64,000 nucleotides of DNA from Squalus acanthias (lineage: Eukaryota). The notes under the pieces were generated by a model. The model was not told where the DNA came from. It was given only the letters and a program-made list of their open reading frames with translations, and made no database searches. Below, piece after piece: positions 22,191-35,017 of the stretch. The translations under genes were made by a program, and so were the position numbers. Within the stretch, counting starts at the first letter, position 1; each line of letters opens with the position of its first letter. The DNA lies in NCBI GenBank assembly GCA_030390025.1, contig CM059432.1, positions 45,076,001-45,140,000 of the forward strand, written 5' to 3'.

Positions 22191-25100
22191 CTGAAGTTTG
22201 CCAGAAGCTCCTGGTCAAAATTCCACTGCAGACTCAACCATTTAACATTTTTGAAAGCTCAATGTCTGCTACAGCAGCCATCGCAGATAAAACAGCAAAA
22301 GCAGTACATTAGCAGTTAAAATGAACAAACCAGTGATTTACCCGAGAGCAGCTAATGATCCCTTTTAAGTAATGCTGGAAATTACACCCTTCTGACTTTT
22401 CCTGCCCATGATTTGTGGGTCTAATTTAGAAGTGGCAAATAGAACGCTGAGTTAGATAAAAATGGTATTTGAGCCAGGACCCTGAAACAGGCACAGGACC
22501 CTAATTTCTATGTATTAAATAGGCACCCACTGATTTTAAGCAGGCATGCTGGACAACTAATAAGAGGTCTGATCGAAAATAGCATCGGGCACACTTCCAG
22601 GGATGAATGGGTAGGTAAGACCGGACCCCACTTTTCCGTGTCTTAATGCCCATAATTTTAATGTAAAACAGGTGAGCACCTGTTGAAAATTGTCCCCAGG
22701 AACTCAGTTTAACATCTTATCTGAAAGACAGCCCCTCCATCAATTCCATGGTGGGGCTTGAACTCCTAACCTGTTGATTCAGAGGTGAGAATATTCCCAA
22801 CTGAGCCAAACCAAAATCAGGAAAGGAATTTAATTCAATTTAATTTAGTTTTAAAATTTAAATAGCCAATTGGTTTGCTGGCCCACCCTTAAAGATTCTT
22901 TTCTATAATTACAAATCTAACTGTCAGTGGGATGCCAGTGCTGGGAACTCTGCAAATGTGTTACATATACATGTGTAGAGATCTTCTTTCCATAACTAGA
23001 CAACAGTGTGAGGGGCAATACAACTCCATGTTGTCCTGTCTCATCACTTTCAAAGGTACTGGTGTTAAAATTGGTAATTGCTCTATAACTGCAGCACAAA
23101 TCTAGGCACATCATTGCCAAAGATCTATTGTAATCAGTTTTCAGGGCACCTCCAATCTTTTAATAGTATCATAAGTTCCACTGGTCCTGAGGTAAATAAT
23201 AGACGATAGCTGACACACCTCATGTCTGATGTTTGAAGATAGTGAGATCAATGGCTCTCAGCTGATGATAATCTTTATTGCCGTTCGCTATGTTTTGTAG
23301 AGCATAATCCCAGACTGCTGCAGAGCTGTTTTACCAATAGGACTCAAAAAGTAATTGAGTATATGTTTGTTGTCTAGAAAAAAAGTTGTCTTGTTCATTT
23401 TAAAAACTATTATCAACAACACTTTCAACATGAAGATATCTGTTGGTGTTGCATAACCTGACTGTTTGCAATGAGCAGATTCACTCTGGGTGAGGATGGC
23501 ATGATCAAAACTCCATTAAAAATGTACAATAAAAGACCAAAGATAATTTGACAAAAGCGCAACAGTTCAGTGCCATGAGCATGTAGTCTTTGCACCCCGA
23601 GTGACAGATTTAAAATTTTCACTCAGTGCTAGAGATTTTTAAATGTTGAGTTGCTGATGAGTGATATAACATGTACCGGATCTATTCAACATTGTGACCT
23701 TTGCTTCACTCTTACAAGCATTAGCTTTACAATCGTGCATTGTTTCTGAGACATATATTTCCTTCCAGCAGTATGTTGTAAAAGGATACCTCTTCTTCAA
23801 ATTTCTGATTGAGTGTCTAAATATTGTTGCTATGCAAGTCAATACAGTCCTTCTTTGACAGTGTCTCAATTCCTTCAAGGACACTGAACATCTAAGAATT
23901 TATTGCAAGTACCACAAACACTATATGATAGAAACTGCTGACAAAAAAGTTAGGTTCATGGGTTTCATAATTACTTTTCAACAAAATAAGGCTTATTGGC
24001 TGATAGGAATAATAGGGCCAATTCCCCAAGTAGGCTAGAAAATGGCTCAAGGTTGCATGGAAACCTGACTAGCTGCATAGTGTCACCACAGTTCTATGAT
24101 TTGCTGAGCTCTCTGTGTGTTGTTAACTTGCACAGAGCATTGCTTCACATGTGGGGTTAGGTAATGTTGAGTGCAGCAGTTCTTAAAGGGCTACTGCACT
24201 GCTTTTGCTGTAATCTGGCTGCTGGTGTTGAAGATAGTTGGAGAAACCCTGATAACTGCCTCCTTCGCTGAAGAGAGCCTGGAGGAAGTGGCACTCAGGA
24301 ACATTGCCTTTTTTAGGGCACAGGAACATGTTCCGAACAGAGCTACTGCACAGCAGGCATAGCAGAAAATGGCAAATAGAATGAATGCAGCCTCACACAT
24401 CCATAGGTCATGGGAACAAATGTGCATAAAACTATCAGAGCAAGAGAAGAGTGCCACGGTAGCTTGGTGAAACCCGGCCCACGGTAAGGAAAGGAATGTC
24501 TCTAATATGCACAAACTAAACACTCAGCCCATTGTATGGTTCCTGTGGCTAAAAATAAAGGCCTAGAAATTCAAGATTGCTAAAAACCTGCCGGTGCCAC
24601 CACGGGCTGGAGTTAACGGCCGCCAAAATTGATGGCACTGGCAGGACCGGGATATTCGTGCTGGTTGCTAATTAACATTAGCCCAGCACTGAACCTACAG
24701 TGCAAGGCCGTTTTTGTGGCGGTAGTCTCAACAGGAGGCCCAGTGTAGTGTGGCCGTAGCGTCATTGCAGCAAGAACAGCCTTCTCTTAAAACAACGCTG
24801 TCATTTCAGAAAGGGGAAATGCCTTCTAAAATGAAAGAAATAAAAATCATGTAAAAATAGGCAGATTCAGCTCTTACAACTCAACTGCCTTCTGAAAAAA
24901 ATGTAACATTAAAAAGAATTCCCAAATGGGAGTCTTCAGCTGAATTGCCCACTGCACCTAAAAAAATGGGAAAAGTGCTTCAGCACTTATACAAATGGCT
25001 CAGTAAGCCAGGAAAGGGGCACCCAAGGTCTTGCATGCACCACTCCAGCTTTGTACAGGGGGTAAACACTGCAAGAGTGGTCCTCAACTCACAGGGGCCA

Positions 25101-25604
25101 GGAGGCCCTCCAGAAAGAACAATGTGGGACCAGATCACCGAGGCCGTCACTGCCAGCAGTTTTGCCCCCATGGCCTGGTTCCAGTGCCTACAGAAGATTC
25201 ATGACCTCAGATGAGTGGTCAAGGTCAGTGAATGCATCTGCAAAAGCCGTCTCCTACCAACTGCACCACTAGCCTCACACACTGCTCAATGCATGACTCC
25301 CACCCCACCTCCAGTCGCTCACCTACCAACAATCTGTACCAAACATGAGGCACACCTCCCATTTCTCACTTCACCTCACCCCTTTGGAGGAGACGGTGCT
25401 GGCCATCTGGCCATTCTTGGCCAGCAGCAGGGGCTGAAAGAATGAAAGATGCTGGTATCCTCATACGTTATCCTCCTGCTCGCATCCATCTCTTGCTTTC
25501 CTGCCCTCCCCTCACCACAACTCCACCCTTGTGCCTTCCTCATTTCACACACACAAGAGATGCAGGCTGCCCAGCCAGAGGTTGACCAAGAAGAGGGAGA
25601 GGAG

Positions 25605-25613
25605 AGAAAAGAA

Positions 25614-25645
<32 letters not shown>

Positions 25646-25693
25646 AAAAAAAGAAAAAGAAAAAGAAAAAGAAGAAGAAGAAGAAAAAAAAAA
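25605..25693 (+). repeat. Polypurine (GAA)n/(GAAAAA)n microsatellite
   Basis: Direct reading. It lies in the acidic region of the Myb relic. Confidence 0.95.
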
Positions 25694-26385
25694 CACTGTC
25701 ACTTTGTTTCACACACCCAGCCAACAGCACCTCAAGGTTGACCAGCAAGGCCATTTGCAGTATCCCCCACTGAAAGTCAGCAGCCTTCCACCAGCCATGC
25801 TGCAGCCACTGGGGTAGCACTGTGTGACATCAGTAGGATAGGCAAAGGCACACACAAGACAGTCACTAAGAGAATGCATAAGGGTGATGAGTTGATTTCT
25901 TGATGTCATATTGGATGGATAGATGTATAAAGTTGGATTGGAAAGTTTGCTTTGTGGTGGTTTTTATTTCAGCATTGTGGCCAAGAGGACGCTGTGATGG
26001 TCAGTAACAGAGGGAAGGTAAGGTGTGGGGCTAATAGAGTCATAGAATCATAGAGTTATACAGCACAGAAAGAGGCCCTTCGGCCCATCGTGTCCACGCC
26101 GGCCATCAAGCCCTATCTATTCTAATCCCATTTTCCAGCAGTTGGTCCGTAGCCTTGTATGCTATGGCATTTCAAGTGCTCATCTAAATGCTTCTTGAAT
26201 GTTGTGAGGGTTCCTGCCTCTACCACTCTAATGTTGAAAGAGGAATTCGGGTTGGGGTCACTGGTACTGCAGGCAGATGATTCTATCACCTGGCCAGAAA
26301 GGGGCATCTGGGTTGCTTCATTCCTTCTGCTTCCTCCTCTTCTGCTTGTTCCTCTTCTGCTTCTTCATCTTCTTCGTCTTCCCTC

Positions 26386-26533
26386 TGCAAATGGATGCTG
26401 TAAATCTGAAATAAAAGTATAAAATGCTGGAAATACTCAGCAGGTCAGGCAGCATCTTGACCTGAGACGTGAACTCTGTTTCTCTCTCCATGGATGCTGC
26501 CTGACCTGTTGAGTATTTCCAGCATTTTCTGTC
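26386..26533. mobile_element. Short tail-outward inverted pair of Penelope family-B ends
   Basis: AAAATGCTGGAAATACTCAGCAGGTCAGGCAGCATC ... GATGCTGCCTGACCTGTTGAGTATTTCCAGCATTTT. The HHR is only partial. Confidence 0.8.
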
Positions 26534-28481
26534 TTCTCAGAGGTCTTCTTTTACCATCCAAGGCCCTGCAAGTGTCCAGCAGCATTCCCTGCACACTTTT
26601 AAAACTTTTAACATTTATTGCACCAAGCCACTACTTCAACAAAATGTAAAAAATTCCAATCCAAAAGCTTAAATGCCAACTTACCTGAAAGATGTGTGTG
26701 TCCCTTTAAGAAGTGCTGACAGCTCACTTTTCAGAACAAGCTTAGAACCTAGTGCTAAACTCAGTGCAATGGTCCAAGTTCGCAGAGCGTGACATTAAGT
26801 CGATGTTGCACATCGACTGACATCGTGCTCTCCATATTTGAATATCCAGGGTCAGCGCTGCTATCAGCAGCGCTAAGGCCCTCACCAAAATGGCGGCCAC
26901 CAAGTCCCATGCCAGAGAAGGGCATTAGAGCGGAGGCCGCCATTATTTTCCAGCCTTGCGGTGGTAACTTGTGGCATAACGGTAGGGAATTTCTAGGCCA
27001 AAGTATTTTTGTTTAGTTATAATTAGCTCCTATTCCTTTAAATCCACTCATAGGACATGAACAGTTTTTTAAAAAAGCAATTGCAGTTTAGATTTGTCTG
27101 TCAAAATAGCAAAGATTGACAGCGGGTAGGAAACCCGCTGTCAAACTGCCTCCACGCGAGTCTCCCAGGTGTCGGGTCTGTCAGCCGCGAACTGACCCAA
27201 CACCAAGTGGCGGGGGATACAATTCAGCTTGTTAAATGGCTTGTTAAGATCCAATTTAAGACTATTTTGAGGCTTACTTCTAATTTTACGTTCTCCCCCA
27301 CGGGTTACCCGCTGTTCAGGGAACACACCAGCTCACCCTGGCGTGTTTTGAGTCTGCTCTGATGTTTCTGAAAAGCTGACATCTGCAAAAGTGGTGTAAA
27401 GGATGCCATGTTGCAGATGGTGAGTTTCAGAGCGCAGAAAATGTTGGTTACTGCATTTTTAATACATATAGAGATTTCTTTAGCTTACAAGTTTTTAGAT
27501 CCAACTGTATGTCCAGTGCCACCTCATTGGGAGAACCTCGCTCACCAATGACAGATCGCTTCTGTCATCTCACCTGCAGCTGCCATCTATTGCAGCAACA
27601 TCGGAGCCATTGAAAAAATCAGACCTTGGTCCTCCGAATCATTCCACGATCAGCCCCAACACCAACATCACCAGGCACACCAACATCACCGACAACATCA
27701 CCAACCTTCTCCGCCATCAACTGATGCTGCACTGGACACAGGGCATCAGCTCCTGACAACATTGCTGCCCGGGAGGCCAGCGATGGCATCACCATGGCCA
27801 GATTTTCTTCACTTGATGCTGTAAATCCTGGCTGCCACATAATGCGCCAGTTTGACACCATCCCACACCAGCACCGTGAAGCATCCCTATAATGTCCAAG
27901 CCATTCCATGCACATACATCACTATAGCGGGGTGGGGCGGGGGGGTGGGGTGTGGGAGGAGAGAGGTGGGGTAATTATCTCTGAACAATGACTGGAACTC
28001 AGTAAGACACTTCTCAAGGTGCGCTCAGATCTGTCCAATAAGGGGCACTTTTGGAAAAATAGATTTCACTGTATGACAACACATTACCAGAAACATCACA
28101 TGGACATTGGCTAAACCGCTCAAGAGCCTACCCTTGTGTGTTGCTAGTTGGTATGCTTGCAGCAGGATGCGGGTGAGTGTGAGGGGTGGCTAGTGAGATG
28201 GGGAAGTGATAAGGTAGATAGAGAGCATTGGGTGGAGGTGCAAGGTAAGTTGGTGTGAGTAAGGATGTGCAGGAGAAGGGTATGGAAGGCAGAGTGATGG
28301 GGATGGGTTGAGTGGCACAGCAGGGTGAGTTTGAGTGTGGATTTGCAGTAACGTTTTGTGATCCACTGAGATCATTGAAAGGTTGGCACCATTGCAGCCA
28401 GGGACCCCTGACGACATCCCTGCCTTTGCCCTCCTGTGCAATGTGCAACCAGGCTGCGTTGGTGTACTGGGGAGGTCCCTT

Positions 28482-30390
28482 AACATAAGAACATAAGAAA
28501 TAGGAGCAGGAGTAGGCCAATCGGCCCCTCGAGCCTGCTCCGCCATTGAATAAGATCATGGCTGATCTGATCCTAACCGCCAATCTACTATCACAGAACC
28601 ATCTCCTGCATCTAACAGAATTGCACACACGAAATAGGAGCAGAATCAGGCTACACGGTCCCTGGGCCCGCTCCACTACCCACAGGGCCATGACCGGATC
28701 CGAACCTAGACTCATGTCCAAATTCCTGCCCGCTCCCCGTAACCCTTAATGCCCTTTACTTCTAGGAAACTGTCTATTTCTGTTTTAAATTTATTTAATG
28801 ATGTAGCTTCTACAGCTTTTTGTGGCAGCATATTCCATGGACCTACCACCCTCTGAGTGAAGTAGTTCCTCCTCATCTCAGTTTTGAAAGAGCAGCCCCT
28901 TATTCTAAGACTATGTCCCCTAGTTCTAGTCTCACCCGTCATCGGGAACATCCTCCCCGCATCCACCCGATCCAACCCCTTCACAATCTTATATGTTTCA
29001 ATAAGATCGCCTCTCATTCTTCTGAACTCCAATGAGTAGAGTCCCAATCTACCCAACCTCTCCTCATATGACCACCCCCTCATCCCCGGGATTAACCGAG
29101 TGAACCTTTTTTGCACTGCCTCGAGAGCAAGGATGTCTTTCCTTAAGTAAGGACACCAAAACTGTATGCAGTATTCCAGGTGCGGTCTCACCAATACCTT
29201 GTACAACTGAAGCAATACCTCCCTATTTTTATATTCTATCCCCCTAGCAATGAAAGCCAACATTCCATTTGCCTTCTTAATCACTTGCTGCACCTGCATA
29301 CTAACCTTTTGAGTTTCGTGCACCAGGACCCCCAGATCCCTTTGCACTTCAGTACTCTCCAGTTTCTTGCCATTAAGATAATAAATTGCTCTAGGATTTT
29401 TCCTGCCAAAGTGCATCACCTCACACTTTCCAGCGTTGTATTCCATCTGCCAAATCTCTGCCCACTTACTTAGCCTGTCTATGTCCCCTTGCAGGTTTTT
29501 TATGTCCTCCTCACTCACTACTTTCCCTCCCATCTTTGTATCATCTGCAAATTTTGATATGTTACACTTGGTCCCTTCCTCCAAATCGTTAATATAGATT
29601 GTAAAGAGTTGGGGACCCAGCACTGACCCCTGTGGAACACCACTAGTTACTGATTGCCAGTCTGAGAATGAACCATTTATCCCAACTCTTTGCTTTCTGT
29701 TAGATAGCCAATCCTCTATCCATGCCAGAATATTACCCCCAATCCTGTGATTTTTTACCTTAAGCAATAATCTTTTGTGTGGCACCTTGTCAAATGCCTT
29801 TTGGAAGTCTAAATACACTACGTCCACTGGTTCCCCTTTATCCACTCTATATGTTACTTCCTCAAAGAACTCCAGCAAATTTGTCAAACATGACTTCCCC
29901 TTCGTAAAACCATGCTGACTTTGTCCTATTAAATTATGATTATCCAAATGTCCTGTTACTGTTTCCTTAATAATGGACTCCAAAATTTTACCTACCACAG
30001 ATGTTAGGCTAACCGGTCTATAGTTACCAGCCTTCTGTCTACTGCCCTTTTTAAATAAGGGTGTTACATTAGCAGTTTTCCAGTCTGCCGGGACCTTAGC
30101 GGAATCCAGGGAGTTTTGAAAAATTATTACCAATGCATCTACAATCCCTACCGCCACTTCCTTCAAGACTCTAGGATGTAAGCCATCAGGTCCAGGTGAT
30201 TTATCTGCCTTGAGTCCCATTATTTTACCGAGTACCACTTCCTTAGTGATTTTGATCGTGTTTAGCTCCTCTCCCCCTATAGCCCCCTGTTTGTCCAGTG
30301 TTGGGATATTCTTAGTGTCCTCTACTGTAAAGACTGATACAAAATATTCATTCAGTGTTTTTGCCATCTCCATATTTCCCACCATTAATT
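28482..30390 (-). mobile_element. Young 5'-truncated CR1 LINE
   Basis: (CTTATGTT)n tail and flanking TCCCTT duplication (28476-28481, 30391-30396). Confidence 0.95.
28712..30385 (-). CDS. CR1 ORF2 reverse transcriptase portion (557 aa, uninterrupted, endonuclease missing)
   Basis: [51 protein letters not shown]. Confidence 0.93.
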   Translation of the reverse strand: MVGNMEMAKTLNEYFVSVFTVEDTKNIPTLDKQGAIGGEELNTIKITKEVVLGKIMGLKADKSPGPDGLHPRVLKEVAVGIVDALVIIFQNSLDSAKVPADWKTANVTPLFKKGSRQKAGNYRPVSLTSVVGKILESIIKETVTGHLDNHNLIGQSQHGFTKGKSCLTNLLEFFEEVTYRVDKGEPVDVVYLDFQKAFDKVPHKRLLLKVKNHRIGGNILAWIEDWLSNRKQRVGINGSFSDWQSVTSGVPQGSVLGPQLFTIYINDLEEGTKCNISKFADDTKMGGKVVSEEDIKNLQGDIDRLSKWAEIWQMEYNAGKCEVMHFGRKNPRAIYYLNGKKLESTEVQRDLGVLVHETQKVSMQVQQVIKKANGMLAFIARGIEYKNREVLLQLYKVLVRPHLEYCIQFWCPYLRKDILALEAVQKRFTRLIPGMRGWSYEERLGRLGLYSLEFRRMRGDLIETYKIVKGLDRVDAGRMFPMTGETRTRGHSLRIRGCSFKTEMRRNYFTQRVVGPWNMLPQKAVEATSLNKFKTEIDSFLEVKGIKGYGERAGIWT

Positions 30391-30786
30391 TCCCTTGTGC
30401 CCTTGGAAGGGAAGAGAACCTCCCTGTGTGCTGTGACTCCCTCCATAAGCATATGGAGGGAGTCGTTGGAGAGCCTGGGTATAAGCGTTCCCCTTTGTGC
30501 AGTGCTTGTCAATGTTTGAAGCACCTCAATGCTGTCAAACACTGACAGAACAACTGTCAAACTCAATGTGGACGTGGTCCCTTTAAGGAAACCGGCTGAT
30601 GACGTGTCATCAAATGACGTCATCAGACCCGCTTCCTGTTAATTGGCCGGAAAGCCCGCAGGGCGGGATTAACAAGGCCAATCAAGGGAAAATCACGTCT
30701 GCAGAGCGGCTGCAGCTGGGAGTGGGACCGGAACCCAGAAACCAGCTCTCCCACCACCATCCCGCCTCCTCCATTAAATTTGCAGC

Positions 30787-33700
30787 CTTTGTGTCTGTCT
30801 TCACGGAAGAAGATGCAAAAAAACTTCCTGGAAATAGTGGCGAACCAAGGGTCGAGCGAGAATGAGGAACTGAAAGAAATTAGTATTAGTAAAAAAATAG
30901 TACTGGAGAAATTAATGGGACTGAAAGCTGATAAATCCCCTGGACCTGCTGGCCGATATCCAAGAGTTTTGAAAGAGGTGGTTATAGAGATAGTGGATGC
31001 ATTGGTTGTCGTTTTCCAAAATTCCATAGATTCTAGAACGGTTCCCGCGGATTGGAAGGTAGCAAATGTAACCCCACTATTTAAGAAAGGAGGGAGAGAG
31101 AAAACGGGGAACTACAGACCAGTTAGCCTGACATCAGTAGTAGGGAAAATGCTGGAATCTATTATTAAGGATGTGGTAACAGGGCACTGAGAAAGTAATA
31201 ATAGGATTAAGCAGAGTCAACACGGATTTATGAAAGGGAAATCGTGTTTGACAAATCTGTTAGAGCTTTTTGGGGTTGTAACTAGCAGAATAGATAAGGG
31301 GGAACCAGTGGAAGTGGCGTATTTGGATTTTCAGAAGGCATTCGATAAGGTGCCACACAAAAGGTTATTAAACAAAATTAGGGCTCATGGGATTGGGGGT
31401 AATATGCTAGCATGGATTGAGGATTGGCTAACGGACAGAAAACAAAGAGTAAGAATAAACAGGTCATTTTCGGATTGGCAGGCTGTAACTAGTGGGGTAC
31501 CGCAAGGATCAGCGCTTGGGCCTCAGCTATTCACAATCTACATCAATGATTTGGATGAGGGGACCAAATGTAATATATCCAAATTTGCTGATGATACAAA
31601 GTTGGGTGGGAATGTAAGTTGTGAGGAGGATGCAAGGAGGCTTCAAGGGGATATAGACAGGCTAAGTGAATGAGTAAGAACATGGCAAATGTAATATAAT
31701 GTGGAGAAATGTGAAGTTATCCACTTTGGTAGGAAAAATAGAAAAGCAGAGTATTTTTAAATGGTGAGAGATTGGGAAATGTTGGTGTTCAGAGGGACCT
31801 GGGTGTCCTTGTACACGATTCACTGAAAGTTAACATGCAGCTACAGCAAGCAATTAGGAAAGCAAATGGTATGTTGGCCTTTATTACAAGAGAATTTGAG
31901 TACAAGAGTAAAGACATCTTACTGCAGATATATAGGGCCCTGGTGAGACCATACCTGGAGTATTGTGTACTGTTCTGGTCTCCTTACCTAAGGAAGAATA
32001 CACTCGCCATAGAGGGAGTGCAACGAAGGTTCACCAGACTGATTCCTGGGATGGGGGGATTGTCCTATGAGGAGAGATTGAGAAGACTAGGCCTATATTC
32101 TCTAGAGTTTAGAAGAATGAGAGGTGATCTCAATGAAACATACAAAATTCTTACAGGGCTTGACAGGGTAGATGCAGGGAGGATGTTGCCCCTGGCTGGG
32201 GATTCTAGAACCAGGAGTCACAGTCTCAGAATAAGGGGTCGGCCATTTAAGACTGAGATGAGGAGAATTTTCTTCACTCAGAGGGTGGCGAATCTCTGAA
32301 ATTCTCTACCCCAGAGGGCGACGGAGGCTCAGTTGTTGAGTATATTCAAGACAGAGATCGATAGATTTTAACCAAATTAGTAACAATACTGTGGAGGAGG
32401 AATTCCTAGAGTGTATACGGGATGGTTTCCAGGTCCAATATGTCGAGGAACCAACCAGAGATCAGGCCATCTTAGACTGGGTATTATGTAATGAGAAAGG
32501 ATTGATTAGCAATCGTGTTGTGTGAGGCCCCTTGGGGAGGAGTGATCATAATATGATAGAATTCTTCATTAAGATGGAGAGTGAAGTAGTTCACTCAAAG
32601 ACTAGGGTCCTGAATTTAAATACATGAAACTACGATGGTATGAGGCACAAATTGGCTAGGATGGATTGGGGAACGTTACTTAAAGGGTTGACGGTGGATA
32701 GGCAATGGCAAACATTTACAGATCGCATGGATGAACTACAGAATTTGTTCATCCCTGTCTGGCATAAAAATAAAGCAAAAACGGTGGCGCAACCGTGACT
32801 AACAAGGGAAATTAGGGATAGCATAAGATCCAAGGAGAGGTCATATAAATTTGCCAGAAAAAGCAGCAAACCTGAGGATTGGGAGCAGTTTAGGATTCAG
32901 CAAAGGAGGACAAAAGGATTAATTAGGGAGGGGGAAAATAGAGTATGAGAGTAAGCTTTCAGGGAACATAAAAACTGACTGTAAAAGCTTCTATAGATAT
33001 GTGAAGAGAAAAAGATTGGTGAAGTCAAGCGTAGGTCCCTTGCAGTCAGAATCAGGGGAATTTATAATGGGGAACAAAGAAATGGCTGACCAATTAAATA
33101 CATACTTTGGTTCTGTCTTCACAAAGGAGGACACAAATAACCTCCCAGAGATGTCGGGGAATATAGGGTTTAATGAGAGGGAGGAACTGAATGAAATCAG
33201 TATTTGCAGGGAAATGGTGTTAGGGAAACTGACGGGATTGAAGGCCGATAAATCCCCAGGGCCTGATAATCTACATACTAGGGTAATTAAGGAAGTGGCC
33301 CTAGAAATAATAGATGCATTGCTGGTCATCTTCCAAAATTCTATGGATTCTGGCACAGTCCCCATGGATTGGAGAGTAGCTAATGTAACCCTACTATTTA
33401 AAAAAGGTGGTAGAGAGAAAATGGGGATTTATAGACTGGTAAGCCTGACATCGGTAGTGGGGAAAATGCTAGAGTCCATTATAAAAGATGTAATAGCAGA
33501 GCACTTGGAAAACAGTGACAGGATCGGACAAAGTCAACATAGATTTACAAAAGGTAAATCATGCTTGACTAATCTACTGGAATTTTTTGAGGATGTAACT
33601 GGTAGAATAGATAAGGGAGAAGCAGTGGATGTGGTGTATTTGGACTTTCAGAAGGCTTTCGATAAGGTCCCGCATAAGAGATTAGCATGCAAAGTTAAAG

Positions 33701-34970
33701 CACATGGGATTGGGCGTAATGTACTGACTTGGATGGAGAACTGATTGGCAGACAGGAAGCAAAGAGTTGGAATAAACGGGTCTTTTTCCGAGTGGCAGGC
33801 AGTGACTAGTGGGGTACTGCAGGGATCGGCGCTAGGACCCCAGCTATTCACAATATATATTAATGATCTAGACGAGGGGACTAGATGTAATATCTCCAAG
33901 TTTGCAGATGACACAAACCTGGGTAGGCGTGTGTGCTGTGAGAAGGATGCAGAGAAACTCCAGTATGATTTGGACAGGTTGGGTGATTGGGCAGATGCAT
34001 GGCAGATGCAGTATAATGTGGATAAATGCGAGTTATCCACTTTTGTGGCAAAAACAGGAAGGCAAATTATTATCTGAACGGCAATAGATTGGGAGAAGTG
34101 GAAGTGCAATGAGACCTGGGTGTCCTTGTGCAGCAGTTGCTGAAGGTAAGCATGTAGGTGCAGCAGGTGGTTAAGAAGGCAAATGGTATGTTGGCCTTCA
34201 TAGCGAGAGGATTCGAGTACAGGAGCAAGGATGTCTTGCTACAGTTGTACAGGGCCTTGGTGAGACCACATCTTGAGTATTGTGTGCAGTTTGGTCACCT
34301 TATCTGAGGAAGGATGTTCTTGCCATGGAGGGAGTGCAGCGAAGATTCACCAGACTGATACCTGGGATGGCAGGACTGACGTATGAGGAGAGATTGGGTC
34401 GATTGGGCTTATATTCACTGGAGTTTAGAAGAATGAGAGGGGATCTCATTGAAACTTATAAAATTCTAACAGGACTAGACAGACTAGATGCAGGAAGGAT
34501 GTTCCTGATGGCGGGGGAGTCCAGAACCAGAGATCGCAGTCTAAGGATAAGGGGTAAGCCATTAGGACAGAGATGAGGAGGAATTTCTTCACCCAGAGAG
34601 TGGTGAACCTGTGGAATTCTCTACCACAGAAGGCAGTTGAGGCCAATTCATTAAATATATTCAAGAAGCAGTTCGATATATTTCTTAAGGCTAAAGGGAT
34701 CAAGGGATATGGGGAGAAAGCTGGGACAGGGTCCTGAATTTGGATGATCAGCCATGATCTCATTAAATTGCGGAGCAGGCTCGAGGGGCCGAATGGCCTA
34801 CTCCTGCTCCTATCTTCTATGTTTCTATGAATATTAAGGGATTCAAGGGATACGGTGATAGTGCAGGAAAGTAGAGATGAGGTAGAAGATCAGCCATGAT
34901 CTTATTGAATAGCGGAGCATGATCGAAGGGCCAAATGGCCTTCCCTGCTCCTATTTCTTATGTTCTTATG
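30787..34970 (+). mobile_element. CR1 LINE (30787-32369 + 34830-34970) split by a second CR1
   Basis: RT motifs with stops and frameshifts. The 3' end resumes at 34830 (AATATTAAGGG..) and ends in CTTATGTTCTTATG. Confidence 0.9.
32370..34829 (+). mobile_element. Nested CR1 LINE, defective
   Basis: Endonuclease C-terminus (EEPTRDQAILD..SDH) through RT (FADD) to the CTATGTTTCTATG tail. Confidence 0.92.
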
Positions 34971-35017
34971 TAAACATTGAAACCTTTATTTTCAACACTT
35001 TGCGTTCTTGGACAGAT

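Larger units (their letters stand above)
24560..26999. mobile_element. 2.44-kb non-autonomous Harbinger element with Myb/SANT relic
   Basis: Perfect 13-bp TIR GGCCTAGAAATTC, AAA on both flanks, and the relic MWDQITEAVTASS..WFQCLQKIHDLR. It hosts a CR1 tail (~26035-26227) and a Penelope inverted pair. Confidence 0.88.
27095..30786 (-). mobile_element. Non-autonomous Harbinger derivative (type B, copy 1), interrupted by CR1
   Basis: Inverse homolog of 42279-44652. The Myb relic RLSNDSLHMLMEGV..AWLHIAQE..WLQWCQPFNDL is split by the CR1. One TIR-like end, AAATTTGCAGCC. Confidence 0.82.

Noticed and set aside
22917..23900. Possible decayed gene (short minus-strand ORFs; MFSVLEGIETLSKKDCIDLHSNNI*TLNQKFEEEV)
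   Set aside because: No recognisable motif and no consistent frame. It cannot be supported without a homology search.
25376..25820. Poly-E/K/F/S ORFs
   Set aside because: Translations of the (GAA)n microsatellite in several frames.
28128..28721. 197-aa minus ORF
   Set aside because: A chimera of the CR1 3' UTR and a Harbinger Myb relic/intron, not a gene.
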